Shown here piece after piece: positions 20,801 to 30,841 of a stretch of 64,000 nucleotides of DNA (position 1 is its first letter; each line of letters starts with the position of its first letter). The DNA lies in IMG/VR virus record IMGVR_UViG_3300026484_000002, positions 27,282 to 91,281 of that record; one strand, written 5' to 3'. The DNA is from a virus. Under the pieces are notes generated by a model, which was not told where the DNA came from, ran no database searches, and worked only from the letters and a program-made list of their open reading frames with translations. A program made the translations under genes and the position numbers.

Positions 20801-22501
20801 GCTTCAGAAAAAACATTAGAAAAAATAAAAAAAGAAAACGAGTTCTTGCATAGTATTCTTCATTATGCAACCAATCCTGTAGAATTGGAATCTATAGTAT
20901 CTGACATTGGTTCTAATCAATCTGATAAAAATGCTCCTGATGATTTTTTTGATGCTTCAAAAGGAGAACCTAGAAGCAACCATGCTTTAGAATCTGAAGA
21001 AGGAATAAATACTAATTTTGAAAATAAAAAAACACATATACTAAATAATACTGAAGATACTTCTGAAACACAAAACACTATAGAGAATAAAATCACAGAA
21101 CTAAATGACTTATTAGGCAATAAACAACACGAGAACTTCAGTAAACAGCTAGAAGAAACCATTGAATCAATTCCTTCTTTTTCAACTGATATACTAAACC
21201 AACTAAAAGATACAAGAGGACTTAAAAGTTATGTTACAAATGTAAAAAATGGTATAAACCTTATGCCAAAGCTTTTAACACGACTCACAAAAGAACCAAA
21301 TGAGCAAGGTACTCCTACTTGGAACGCCAGAGCTTATAGAGCAGTTACTGCATTAGAAAAGTATGCCAAGGCTGCTAATAAAATAATAGAAAGTGAAGCA
21401 TATCAAAAAATACAACAAAATGCTTTTCAGGAAAAGTTGCCCAATATAGAACAGACAGCATCTAATACTAACACTAGTATGAATGAAGTTTCTTTTGACG
21501 CAGATGAAGCTCCTTTTGATATTTCTAATATTGATATAAACACAGAACCAAAAGAAAACAATAATATTAGTACGCAAAACAACACAGTTGAGATTGGATC
21601 CAATGAAACAAAAAAAGAAATTGGATCAAACGAGACAACAGATAGTAAACTTAACGAAACAAGCAATAACAAAGATTCCAAAGAAGAAGTAGAAACAACT
21701 CCTAAAATGGATAGTACTGGATCCAATGACTATAAAATTCCAGATATGGAAACAAAACAATCAAGTGAGGCATCATTAAGTAATGAAGCACCATCAAATG
21801 TTGTCAGTAAAGTAAAAGAACAACAGCAACCCAATAAACAAACCAAACAAGCTGAGCAGCCAAGTAAAGAAAAGGTTGAATCAAATAACAAATCTAATAA
21901 AGAAGCAAATAATAAAGAAGTAAAAGAAGTAAATGATAAAGAAGAATCAAAGAACGTCAAAACAGTAGATAACCATGGTCCGATTGAAAGAAAAAACAAA
22001 TCTGATACTTTTTACAAAAATGATACAACATATAAAGATCCTATAAAACAGAAGGAAAAACAATTAGTAAATAGTGTTGTCGGTAAATTGCAGACAATAT
22101 TGAATAACTACGAAAAGAAATACAAAGAAGTAGAAACTACTTTAGGCACCGACATTAAAACAATAAAAGCAGAAAGAGCTAAGCGTACTAAATCACTAAA
22201 AGAATTTACTGGAATTAAAGATATTGCATCTAGAGGAAAAGTTAAAAAGAAATATTTTTACGAAGACTTAAGTATAACTATTGAAGACTTATTAGAAGAT
22301 ATAGATGAGAATAGTTATCTTGGAAAAAATATAATAGAAGAAGTAAATAAAATTCGACCTAATAGTAAAATAGGTATTGAAATACTTGAAAATAATAGTA
22401 TCTCTAAAACAATAGAAGAATCACTAACTAATATGCTTGATAAAGAGATCATAAGTGAAGATGTGATAAACTCTCTAGAAGAAATAACAGGATGTAACTA
22501 A
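17876..22501 (+). CDS. virion RNA polymerase part 1 (N-terminal ejection/membrane region)
   Basis: 1541 aa; Gly/Ala-rich AEGGIAELPAEYIQSG segment typical of ejection proteins; only Cys is penultimate residue. Confidence 0.65.
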   Translation: MANYPDDFTKNTNNVLDQFSQLTDTYNTAVDVIGSVPTSTNKINHLQQKKQQKIDRLNPDATLDLYNNMDIYTNEYGITKDSLNSYTPEQLQEMLGSSVNDKVYYDDKEIGPYQMKQDAEGEWNKTPFSGTTQHVYVAPSKDGNMKLGLAGVGFRERYTPGLAAKEGLTTNKNYGWAPGEKGVDPTKEPYLDIALPYDEASRLEFLTHSNKGQIANRAGGASVADYIKNVKPNVYGKGASEYTTQNAPMWNINSSNTDLPEQVVTPHIPKFLGDTSTPRSKAIGVIHDNAEYEGEPLLGQFADGVARNARGFAGGVARVIGDTAKLANDLETRAIYESAKRLYDFNEKDANELADRFQFLTKEKLDTMENAIAGEDFVTATADDTKKMEEHQKKAFKDVTWSDPSSYGKVNLPEAYNMFKTGLSSPEMTFKSLGYMLGNLIGLPEKAAIKMAGKGTLKALEYNAKKDVAKEMLSKAAKTDKLIAAGKITTEDAVKKGMTLLDPAKKAMYEKTIQLSDRALSKIPIKNKFNAFVAKNANILHLGAVTNEQDMDDYYEKHGERASLQHALLGFAANAVGAKIDLWADKTALMGTKEGFSALIKKAGKTRAQKMLTGVISGAAKMAEGGIAELPAEYIQSGIQAFNNTYKDDNAAEALTKAFHDATQGAAFGAASGIHMAGPSAGSNIITNTFTETDSDKSYENKITSDTEPTNATSDEQAQDLALDKLYTHLHEKGEPLSEEDKPLAHASVERHLNNTLQSLALAEENINAEIAKENPDTEFIGSLEKEKENLEDKISILLDMRNHTAEDGVIYNNRPIKEIDNDLTQTIEQLNNEPKDPKLIKKKRQLLLEKYIASHPLAKKANENGEDTEDSEATFDTVLSQKLYGGVTKDGYRTGIVNMVTPLFDDSISEHGKRAVKNNIERFLESQSAKEKAIEAAKTKFEEQGKDAEENPTPVIARYFTPTGTEATFEYRGIASEKTLEKIKKENEFLHSILHYATNPVELESIVSDIGSNQSDKNAPDDFFDASKGEPRSNHALESEEGINTNFENKKTHILNNTEDTSETQNTIENKITELNDLLGNKQHENFSKQLEETIESIPSFSTDILNQLKDTRGLKSYVTNVKNGINLMPKLLTRLTKEPNEQGTPTWNARAYRAVTALEKYAKAANKIIESEAYQKIQQNAFQEKLPNIEQTASNTNTSMNEVSFDADEAPFDISNIDINTEPKENNNISTQNNTVEIGSNETKKEIGSNETTDSKLNETSNNKDSKEEVETTPKMDSTGSNDYKIPDMETKQSSEASLSNEAPSNVVSKVKEQQQPNKQTKQAEQPSKEKVESNNKSNKEANNKEVKEVNDKEESKNVKTVDNHGPIERKNKSDTFYKNDTTYKDPIKQKEKQLVNSVVGKLQTILNNYEKKYKEVETTLGTDIKTIKAERAKRTKSLKEFTGIKDIASRGKVKKKYFYEDLSITIEDLLEDIDENSYLGKNIIEEVNKIRPNSKIGIEILENNSISKTIEESLTNMLDKEIISEDVINSLEEITGCN

Positions 22502-25500
22502 TGAGTTGTAATATAAAAGCAGGACATATAATAGAAGGTATAGGAAAATATTTAAAAGATGGTGATAATGCTACAGCAAATAAGTTGCAAAATGCATTAA
22601 GAGATACTACAAATTTATCTACTCACTTTACTATCGACTTTAAAAGTAAAAGTAAGTTAGATGATTATTCTAAAGAATATGACAGTAATAGCAACAACCT
22701 TACTACTACAGAACTTCACATAAACAATTCAATAAGTAATTTCATTGAAAAAGCTGTGGATCTAATTCCTAGTGTGGATAAAACGCTTCCATCTATTGAA
22801 GGTGAAATTTCACAAGGATGGCAAAGTGTTATCTCTTATTTTATTCGACCTGAAACAATAAAATCAACAGATAAATATGGAACTACAAAAGAAAAAATTA
22901 TTACTAGACTTGATCCTGATGTTCAAAGAGCAGTATCTTTAGTTACTTCTGAATGGTTAAACAATGATGCATTAACAGGCATTTCTGAACTAAGAGGTGA
23001 TGATGGAGTTAGAGCTCTGCTTGGTATGGGGACAAAAGATATCGTTACTAAAACTGAAAGAGATGCTGTAAGAGATATTGACGGTTATGTTGGTGAAGCT
23101 GCTAGGCAAATGGGTAATAAAATCTACAGCATGTTAGGCATAAGAGCAAAAGCAAATTCTCCACAAATAAATAATAAACTGATTGAAAATACATTAAAAG
23201 TAGAATTAGGTTTGTTGGCTCTAAAAACATTGGAATACAATGGAGATATATCATTGAGCAAAAAAGACATTATACTGAACGAAGAAGTTATTAGATCCCA
23301 AGTGTCAGTATATCAATTCAACAATAAACATAATAACAACATTAATCTAAATACTCCTAATGGGGTTCTTCCTTTGTCAATAAATGACAAATATAATGAT
23401 ATCAAATTTAGTAAAATATTTACTGATAAGGTAAATGAAGTAATCAACAATAAAAGAATTGCAGGGATTTATACTGATCCAAAAGAAGCAATACCATCTT
23501 ATGATGAAATAAAAAATAATGGTGTAACTGGAATACTAGGTAATATAGTCAGTGAGGCACATAAGAATGCTGTACAAAATTCTAGTAGTACCGCCTATGA
23601 ATTTAAACATGGGTTTATTAAAGGTGTAGAGTATGTAGAAAAAGCCCTTAAAAAAGCTATGGGGTATAAAGATGAAGCTAAAACTACCAAAGGACTAAGA
23701 GAAGCCACTAGAGGTAAAAATTTAGCCATAGATATGCAGTATGATAATTTAATGAATGCATATAATACTGTAGGTTTGAGCAAAAAAATGTATGCTAAAT
23801 GGGAAGTTATTACTAATAATAGATTTATGATTGATAGCAACCAACTTAATTGGCAAGATAAAAAAATGCATAGACAAAGTGTATTTTTTGAACCTGTTGT
23901 GGTTACTGAAGAAAATAAAAATGATTTCTATATGATGTTAGGTCAATCTTTTGATTTAGATATAGATAAACATTCTCCTGATGTGGTCAATAAAGCTGTT
24001 GAAGATTTGTTTAAGGATATTGAAAAAAATACAAAATTATCAGTTACTAAAAGAACTAAAAAAAGTTTAGACTCTTATTATAATAGTAAAGATTACAAAA
24101 AAGATATTGAAACATTATTTAAATACATAGTTGATAATTACAACAGTAGTGAGCCTGAACATGCATTAAGTGGTGCAGTTGAGCTTCTGGGTTGGATGCA
24201 CGAAACTAAAGCAAGTAGACCATATACTACTCAATCTATGATAGAGACTGATGCTATTACTTCTGGATATGCAATCAAAGGCTTGATGTTTCCATTTCAT
24301 GATAATAAAGAAGAAATTAACTGGAGTGAATTTGAACGCACAGGAATATTTACTGCTGATGCAGAAATTACTGATTATGGAGAATGGAAAGATAATGAAG
24401 ACAATAAAGATTCTTATGAAGTTCCAGCAGAAATGCTTACTGAAAAATTACAAGCATTATACACAGAAGATAATACAAAAGAAATTTCAGACATTATAAA
24501 ATTAATTGACAAGAAAGCTAAATTTGATAAAGATGGAGAACTAGTCTCTATATCTCGTAACTTTATGAAGAATCCTTTTATGGTTCTAAACTATGGTAGT
24601 GCTATTAAATCTATCATTAGAGCTGTTAGTAAACATGCTGAAGATGAGTTCTATCAAACTTTAGATGCACTTTTCAACAGTAAAGAAAATAGCAATAGAA
24701 AAGAACTACAAACTAGTGTTTTAAATGCAATAGCAACTATAGCTAAAAGAATGAATCCTATCTTTGATGTAGATGGTGAAATTATAGGATTTGATAGAAC
24801 CAAAGCTAATTCTACATATAAATCTATTATCAATAGATTTAAACACGAAGGCTTAGAATTTGAACTTACTTCACAAGAAGCTACAGCTCTAAGAGAAAGC
24901 ATATCAGATTTTATAGGAGAACCACTAACAAAAACATTTAAAGAAAAATATGGTAGATTTATAGAATTAACTACAACAATTAATGAATCTATGGTTGCTC
25001 AATTTAGAATAGCAAATGAAGTAATTGAAAAAGAAATAGAAAAACTTCACCAAGAAAAATTAAAAGATGCTAGTGGTAATGAAAAACTTGTAACTCCTAT
25101 GACTGATAAAGAGTATCAAGAAATAGTACAAAGTGTAGCCAATATTCTGCCTGTTGTAAATACAGCATTGGATCTGGTTGAAGGTGGTAAAGCTCCATTA
25201 TTGATAGCAGAATTAAAAGCTATAGATAATAGAGAAGTATGGGGAAATACTAGTACTAGTGGTTATGTCCGCAGCAAGTTCACTAAAAACACAAAAGAGT
25301 CAGATGTTTATATTAATAGTGCTCCTGCACAAGTTAAGAGATTATTAGAAGCATATTCTTCTGGTTCTGTAATACCTATTCATTTCTTTGATGGTAGTAT
25401 TCAAGCCAAATTATTAGCTAAGCTAAAAGCTCTTGGAGTACATGATGCCAACTTCTCTCCTATAAATATGACTATAGAAGTAACTAAAGCGTATAATGAA

Positions 25501-25998
25501 ATATTTTGGGAATTAGCTAGAGAATATAGTTTAGCAAAAGAAATTAGAGAAAGTTATTTAAATAGCTTAACCGCATTAGATGATGATATTGTTACAGCAT
25601 TAAACAGTAAATACTCAGAAACATTGAAGGATAGTTCTAAGATCCCATATACAAAGACTTTAAGTAAATTAAACAAGCAATTAGAAAATGTACATATAGA
25701 AGCTGAAAATAAAAGAGAGAAGATATTTACTACTCCTGTAGTAGTTAATCAAGCTTATTATAACAATGGCACTGAAAGTGCAGCATATATACCTAATAAA
25801 AATGAATACACTAAACAAACTATAGATGAAGATCTTGTAAACAATGCTGCTGACAAATTAAAACGATATAATAATATATCACTTGAAAATAATGCTGATA
25901 TACCAACTGATATGACGCAAACGCAAGCTTTGATTAGTGATAAAGATGCTAAAATAGCTATAAATAATGTTATAGAAAATAATAATAAGGAATGTTAA
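22501..25998 (+). CDS. virion RNA polymerase part 2 (single-subunit catalytic domain)
   Basis: Motif A ETDAITSG (~24250), motif B RNFMKNPFMVLNYGS (24556-24600), IHFFDG, motif C VHDA (25441); size similar to N4 mini-vRNAP. Confidence 0.9.
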   Translation: MSCNIKAGHIIEGIGKYLKDGDNATANKLQNALRDTTNLSTHFTIDFKSKSKLDDYSKEYDSNSNNLTTTELHINNSISNFIEKAVDLIPSVDKTLPSIEGEISQGWQSVISYFIRPETIKSTDKYGTTKEKIITRLDPDVQRAVSLVTSEWLNNDALTGISELRGDDGVRALLGMGTKDIVTKTERDAVRDIDGYVGEAARQMGNKIYSMLGIRAKANSPQINNKLIENTLKVELGLLALKTLEYNGDISLSKKDIILNEEVIRSQVSVYQFNNKHNNNINLNTPNGVLPLSINDKYNDIKFSKIFTDKVNEVINNKRIAGIYTDPKEAIPSYDEIKNNGVTGILGNIVSEAHKNAVQNSSSTAYEFKHGFIKGVEYVEKALKKAMGYKDEAKTTKGLREATRGKNLAIDMQYDNLMNAYNTVGLSKKMYAKWEVITNNRFMIDSNQLNWQDKKMHRQSVFFEPVVVTEENKNDFYMMLGQSFDLDIDKHSPDVVNKAVEDLFKDIEKNTKLSVTKRTKKSLDSYYNSKDYKKDIETLFKYIVDNYNSSEPEHALSGAVELLGWMHETKASRPYTTQSMIETDAITSGYAIKGLMFPFHDNKEEINWSEFERTGIFTADAEITDYGEWKDNEDNKDSYEVPAEMLTEKLQALYTEDNTKEISDIIKLIDKKAKFDKDGELVSISRNFMKNPFMVLNYGSAIKSIIRAVSKHAEDEFYQTLDALFNSKENSNRKELQTSVLNAIATIAKRMNPIFDVDGEIIGFDRTKANSTYKSIINRFKHEGLEFELTSQEATALRESISDFIGEPLTKTFKEKYGRFIELTTTINESMVAQFRIANEVIEKEIEKLHQEKLKDASGNEKLVTPMTDKEYQEIVQSVANILPVVNTALDLVEGGKAPLLIAELKAIDNREVWGNTSTSGYVRSKFTKNTKESDVYINSAPAQVKRLLEAYSSGSVIPIHFFDGSIQAKLLAKLKALGVHDANFSPINMTIEVTKAYNEIFWELAREYSLAKEIRESYLNSLTALDDDIVTALNSKYSETLKDSSKIPYTKTLSKLNKQLENVHIEAENKREKIFTTPVVVNQAYYNNGTESAAYIPNKNEYTKQTIDEDLVNNAADKLKRYNNISLENNADIPTDMTQTQALISDKDAKIAINNVIENNNKEC

Positions 25999-28900
25999 AT
26001 GAAATGTACTATATACGCTTTAGGTGAATACCTTGATGAGAAAGAAGATCTGCCAAAAGTCATAAAAGAATTAAGAAAATTAGATAAGTCAGATAAGTAT
26101 TTTCCTGACAGTGAATACAAAAATTTAGCAAAACAAGCAATATTGGATCACAACCAAGCTTATCAGCTTATGGAAGATCTTGATGGTAGATTTAGATATG
26201 AATACGAGAACCAATACCATGTTGTAGATATTAAAAATATAGATATAAATAACAATAAAAATGAATTAAATATAGTTCTAGCAGATAATACTACTATCAA
26301 ATATAAGATAGATAATAAAAACCTAAAAGCTATTAATCATCCTTTTTATTCAAGAGATCTTGAGTTGCAATGGAATGATGTTGTTAGCTCACCTATTGAG
26401 CTTTTATTTAATGGGGTTGATGCAAAAAGTAAAAATCTAGATAATATTATAGAAGGAAAAGAACTCCTTGATGGTAATATTGAGGCAATTCAAACAGAGT
26501 TAAGTAAGTTAGATAGAATAGCTCCTAACAGTTCATGGGATCAAGCTCATAGCAATCATTTAAAAGAAGTAATAAGTCGCATAAGTAGATCTGCTGACGA
26601 ATTAAAAACAGTACAGATAAAAGTAACTAAAAATTTAGTTGAAAATCTAAAAGAACCATTGGGTAGCTATAATACAAAAAGTAGAACTATCCAAGTTGCT
26701 ACAGCAGAAGCAATGACTAAATTTGGAATGAGCAATGAAGAAACATTGGCTCATGAATATCTTCATGCAGTATTAGATATTTTATTCAATAAGCAATTAG
26801 GTGTTATGGGTGAAGATATAAAAAATGATTTACGAAAATTATATGTACAAGCTAAAAAGAATATAACCTGGAAAGATTTAATGCCTGCTAATGAACTACA
26901 CAGTAAAGCAGCAGAAAATAAAGCTAAAGAAATATACGATTATATTTTTATTGGTAAAATTGGAGATAATAGTGTTGAAGATGCAGAAGTAAGATTAATG
27001 GAATTTCTAGTTTATGGTATGACCAATAAAGAGTTAAAATCAGCCATAGATAAAATATCATTAAAAGTCAAACCTGTGAAAGCTAAGTCTTCTGGTTTAT
27101 CTGGCATCTTTGAATATTTAATGGAAAAATTACAAGATTTAGTTTTTAAAATTAAAACCAAAACAAATAGAAGTGATAATGTAGGGTCAGAACTTACAAG
27201 ATTGGTTTATAAGCTTGGAACAATAAATAAAATGTATGCTAAAACTATTGAGAACAATAAAAACTTACCATTAGATGAAAAAATATTCTCATCTGTAGAT
27301 AAGGTTTTTAGTAAAATGGATAAAGAATTAGGCAAAAAAGTTGAGTCTATAACTAATGATTTTCTAAATGAAAAAGATGGTGATAAAATCTACACCAACG
27401 ATTTAATAACTCAAGTTAAAATGCTCAGTAAAGAACTCACAGAAGCTTATAACAAAGGCAAAATTATAAAAACTGCATGGTTATCCATTAAAGGTATATT
27501 TGTCATTATGAAAGCTTATAGATTATCTAAACAAAGTAAAAATGAAAATATTCAACGATTGTATAAAGAGTTGGATCGTTTACTTCGTAGGATGGATGAA
27601 TTTGCTGGTAAGTTTATATCTGATCTTCTCAGGGATTTCAAAGAGGGAAGAAAGACATTGGTTCAATTAGGTGACATAACTATGCAATTTAAAACCCAAT
27701 TAGATCGTGTTAAAGACATGTATTATAAAGGAACACTTAATGATATTTTTTCTGGTTTTACTAAAGTGGATCTCACTCACGAAAGACATAAAAAACTTAA
27801 CCAATCTTTAACAAATGTTATATTACGTACAGATGTACAAAGTTTCACTACCGATGTTAATGAACTTAAAAAATACATAACAGATGATAAAAAATTATCT
27901 AACACTATAAAAGAATTAGAAGATGAATTAAGTCAAGCTATGTTTAATAGCAAAACATCTACATTAAATGTAGGTCCATGGGTTGTTAATGAATGTAAAG
28001 AATTAGCTTCTTATATGATATCTAGAAAAGGAAAAAGAAATAATGCAACTAATATATCACATTTATTTGGAACCACAGAAAGTGTACCTTTAGATGAAAG
28101 CTTAAATGGACTATGGAATATTCAAAATATAGAAGAAAAAATAGATAAACTTACTAGCCTTTATGCTCTAAAAAACACAAGTATAGAAAGTAAAAAAGCA
28201 TTAATTGAATTAATTGATTTAGATAAAAATGGAGTTCAGAATTATTTAGAAATAACTAGAGGAATGGTTGCTTCAACAAAAGAAGATTGGTTCGTAACTG
28301 GATCTTTATCTGAAATGGTAAAAGGACAAATACATGAAACTCACAATAAAGATAAAGAATTAGTTTTCGCTCCTTTAAATGAAACAAATGCAATGTTAGA
28401 AGCTGGTTATTCTTTGGTTAGGAAATTAGACAAAGATGCTGGAGATATTGATATTAAAAATTATGGTTTATTTGTAACTAACACAAAAGGAGTTACAAAA
28501 AGAGTTGATGGAGCACTGGGTCTTCAAAGAATAAAAATTCCAGGACTATTGCTAAGTCAAAAAATTATGATGTCAAATAAACATTTAACTGGAAAATCTT
28601 TAGGAAGAAAAATTAGAAATGCTATAAACAATGCTAGAGTAAATGGAACAGATGGAAAAATGTATCCAGTTTATAATGATTTAGGAAATATAATTGATTA
28701 CAGATATGAATTTACATTAGATGAGGCAGAGCAATATATGGATTTGGAAACTAGAGGTTCTGAAAATTTAGCTAGAAGTTTTGGTCAAAAAAGTTCACAA
28801 ATTATTACTGATGAACACAATAAAGAATTAATAGATTTAATTATGGAAGATTCTAAAAAAATAACTAATGAAAACAAAGATCAATTCTTGCGTGTTCATG

Positions 28901-30090
28901 CAGTTGAAAATACTGATGTAAACAGTGGATCCAAGATTGATACTTTAAATGCTATGACTGAAGGTGAAGAACTATGGGGATTGCTACCAGCAGATGCTAG
29001 AAAATATATTATTGAAAAAAATATTGAAAATCTTAATGATCCAGATAACATTCCTAAAAAAGAAATTTATATCAGTAAAGATTTATTAAAACAGTTGTTT
29101 GGTTATGATGAATTAAGTATTGCAGATAGTAAATTGTTTAAAAAAATGGATGTTAAAAATAAAAATAGAATTAGAATGATAGAAGCTTGGTGGATGGATT
29201 TAATGCAAATTGCAAAAAGTATGGTAGTTGTTAAAATGCCTAGTACTATTATAGGAAATATTTTAAGTAATGCTAAATTCTTTATGTTCTCAGGAGTATC
29301 TCCTAGAAAGGCTATACAATACTTATTGTTAAGTAAAAAAAGTTTGGATAAATGGAAAAAGAATGAAAAAGCTAGACGTGATTTAGAAAGAAAAATTGAT
29401 ATAGCTACCGGATCTAAAAAAGAACAATTATTGAAACAATTAGCAGATTTAGCTTTAGAATTAAAAGATAATCCTATTATGCCATTAATTGAAGCTGGGT
29501 TATATCAAACTATTGCAGAAGATATTGACACAGAAGATTCAACTAATAGAGTTGTTCAATTATTAGATAAAACATTAGATCCAATTTATAGTAGCAATAA
29601 AACTATTGAAGATATTATTAATACAGTATTTCTTACTAAGAAAAGTACATTAGGTCAAGGATTATTACATATAATGCAAGAAAGTGACTTTCATTTTAGA
29701 TCAGCTATATATTGGGATGGTATTGAAAAAGGAATAAGTAAAGATAAGATGTTGAGAGATGTTACAGATAAATTTATTAACTATAGTCGTGTAACTAATA
29801 GTCGTTTAATTCATTGGTTGGATAGAATGGGACCAGAAGCTTTTTGGAAATATTTTGCAAATATACAAAGAGTAAATTGGAGTTTAATGAAGAAAAATAG
29901 TACTAAAGTAATTTTAGATACTACAATAAAAGAAACTGGAGTTCCTTTGTGGTCAAATGATGTATTAGATAGTTCTATTATTTATCAATTTGGTAGAAGA
30001 TTTAACCCATTAAATTGGATCAATAATACAGAAGGATTGTTAAATGCAACAGTTGATGTGCCTATTACACATTTGATTGATGGATATTAA
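25999..30090 (+). CDS. virion RNA polymerase part 3 (zincin-like domain and C-terminal region)
   Basis: ETLAHEYLHA and EFLVYGMTN; PLIEAGLYQTIAED and FINY..LDRMG motifs recalled from N4-like vRNAP C-termini. Confidence 0.75.
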   Translation: MKCTIYALGEYLDEKEDLPKVIKELRKLDKSDKYFPDSEYKNLAKQAILDHNQAYQLMEDLDGRFRYEYENQYHVVDIKNIDINNNKNELNIVLADNTTIKYKIDNKNLKAINHPFYSRDLELQWNDVVSSPIELLFNGVDAKSKNLDNIIEGKELLDGNIEAIQTELSKLDRIAPNSSWDQAHSNHLKEVISRISRSADELKTVQIKVTKNLVENLKEPLGSYNTKSRTIQVATAEAMTKFGMSNEETLAHEYLHAVLDILFNKQLGVMGEDIKNDLRKLYVQAKKNITWKDLMPANELHSKAAENKAKEIYDYIFIGKIGDNSVEDAEVRLMEFLVYGMTNKELKSAIDKISLKVKPVKAKSSGLSGIFEYLMEKLQDLVFKIKTKTNRSDNVGSELTRLVYKLGTINKMYAKTIENNKNLPLDEKIFSSVDKVFSKMDKELGKKVESITNDFLNEKDGDKIYTNDLITQVKMLSKELTEAYNKGKIIKTAWLSIKGIFVIMKAYRLSKQSKNENIQRLYKELDRLLRRMDEFAGKFISDLLRDFKEGRKTLVQLGDITMQFKTQLDRVKDMYYKGTLNDIFSGFTKVDLTHERHKKLNQSLTNVILRTDVQSFTTDVNELKKYITDDKKLSNTIKELEDELSQAMFNSKTSTLNVGPWVVNECKELASYMISRKGKRNNATNISHLFGTTESVPLDESLNGLWNIQNIEEKIDKLTSLYALKNTSIESKKALIELIDLDKNGVQNYLEITRGMVASTKEDWFVTGSLSEMVKGQIHETHNKDKELVFAPLNETNAMLEAGYSLVRKLDKDAGDIDIKNYGLFVTNTKGVTKRVDGALGLQRIKIPGLLLSQKIMMSNKHLTGKSLGRKIRNAINNARVNGTDGKMYPVYNDLGNIIDYRYEFTLDEAEQYMDLETRGSENLARSFGQKSSQIITDEHNKELIDLIMEDSKKITNENKDQFLRVHAVENTDVNSGSKIDTLNAMTEGEELWGLLPADARKYIIEKNIENLNDPDNIPKKEIYISKDLLKQLFGYDELSIADSKLFKKMDVKNKNRIRMIEAWWMDLMQIAKSMVVVKMPSTIIGNILSNAKFFMFSGVSPRKAIQYLLLSKKSLDKWKKNEKARRDLERKIDIATGSKKEQLLKQLADLALELKDNPIMPLIEAGLYQTIAEDIDTEDSTNRVVQLLDKTLDPIYSSNKTIEDIINTVFLTKKSTLGQGLLHIMQESDFHFRSAIYWDGIEKGISKDKMLRDVTDKFINYSRVTNSRLIHWLDRMGPEAFWKYFANIQRVNWSLMKKNSTKVILDTTIKETGVPLWSNDVLDSSIIYQFGRRFNPLNWINNTEGLLNATVDVPITHLIDGY

Positions 30091-30101
30091 TTTTTTTTTT
30101 A

Positions 30102-30176
30102 TGGTTGGCAGACAGAGAATCGAACTCTGATTAAGTCGTTATGAGCGACTGGCTCTAACCATTGAGCTACCTGTCA
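30102..30176 (-). tRNA. tRNA with CAT anticodon (elongator Met or Ile2)
   Basis: Cloverleaf TGACAGG/TCTGCCA, D arm GCTC/GAGC, anticodon arm AGTCG-CTCATAA-CGACT, T arm CAGAG-TTCGATT-CTCTG, encoded CCA; one A-C mismatch in acceptor stem. Confidence 0.92.
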
Positions 30177-30182
30177 GAGTAC

Positions 30183-30215
30183 TATAGCTAAACATATAAA
30201 CAGAGGTTTAGCTAT
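30183..30215. terminator. hairpin between MazG-like gene and tRNA
   Basis: TATAGCTAAAC...GTTTAGCTATA inverted repeat. Confidence 0.5.
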
Positions 30216-30227
30216 AAAATTATTAAA

Positions 30228-30617
30228 TTATTTTCTTATTTTGCAAGTACTAAAATCTGCTTTATATAATGTAGCTGGATCTTGTGTTTTATCTTTTTCC
30301 CATTTTTCTACATCTTGTAGTTTTGGATCTTTTTTCCATCTATCATACTGTTCTTTAGATTGATTTCGTGATTTAATCTCTTTTACAACTTGTTTAAGAG
30401 TTAATTCTGGATTATACCCATGTTGTGTAATAAATCCTCCCAGAACTACAATAGTATCATTGGCTCCATCTATAGCTTCATTTATATCATTATTCTTGAT
30501 ACCTTCAAACATTTCATCTACTTCTTCATAAAATGTTTTTTTAAATTTTTCTAAATCAAAATTTTTGCCATATCTGGTAAGATTTAAATTCATTATATCT
30601 ACTAACGGTTTACTCAT
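30228..30617 (-). CDS. MazG-like NTP pyrophosphohydrolase
   Basis: EEVDEM...EAIDGANDTIVV (EExxE..ExxD..D) and EIKSRN motif. Confidence 0.7.
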   Translation of the reverse strand: MSKPLVDIMNLNLTRYGKNFDLEKFKKTFYEEVDEMFEGIKNNDINEAIDGANDTIVVLGGFITQHGYNPELTLKQVVKEIKSRNQSKEQYDRWKKDPKLQDVEKWEKDKTQDPATLYKADFSTCKIRK

Positions 30618-30630
30618 ATTTTACCTTTAT

Positions 30631-30840
30631 TTATTTATTTTGTGTTAATTTTGATTCTATCATAAACATTAACGTCATCATATCAAAAGAATCATAAGAA
30701 TTATTTTTAGATGTAGGTTTTATTTTCATAGCTGCTACTTTATTTGAATAAACTTTAATATTACCTTTTTTTGTAATTTTTAAATAAAATTGATCATCAA
30801 TTTTTTCATTTATATATTTAACTATTTTTTTTAATTTCAT
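30631..30840 (-). CDS. hypothetical protein
   Basis: 69-aa ORF with GAGGA SD, in operon. Confidence 0.55.
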   Translation of the reverse strand: MKLKKIVKYINEKIDDQFYLKITKKGNIKVYSNKVAAMKIKPTSKNNSYDSFDMMTLMFMIESKLTQNK

Positions 30841-30841
30841 T

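Noticed and set aside
21540-21960. N/K/E/Q-rich repeats in vRNAP part 1 (EIGSNET x2) as a mobile or regulatory repeat
   Set aside because: Consistent with an ordinary disordered linker
1890-24902. Numerous 60-134 aa ORFs antisense to or nested in the structural genes
   Set aside because: Shadow frames of long AT-rich genes with no recognisable motifs
25996-26001. In-frame TAA between vRNAP parts 2 and 3 as stop-codon reassignment or readthrough
   Set aside because: TAA terminates most genes here, and part 3 has its own AAGGA SD and ATG; the other junction is out of frame
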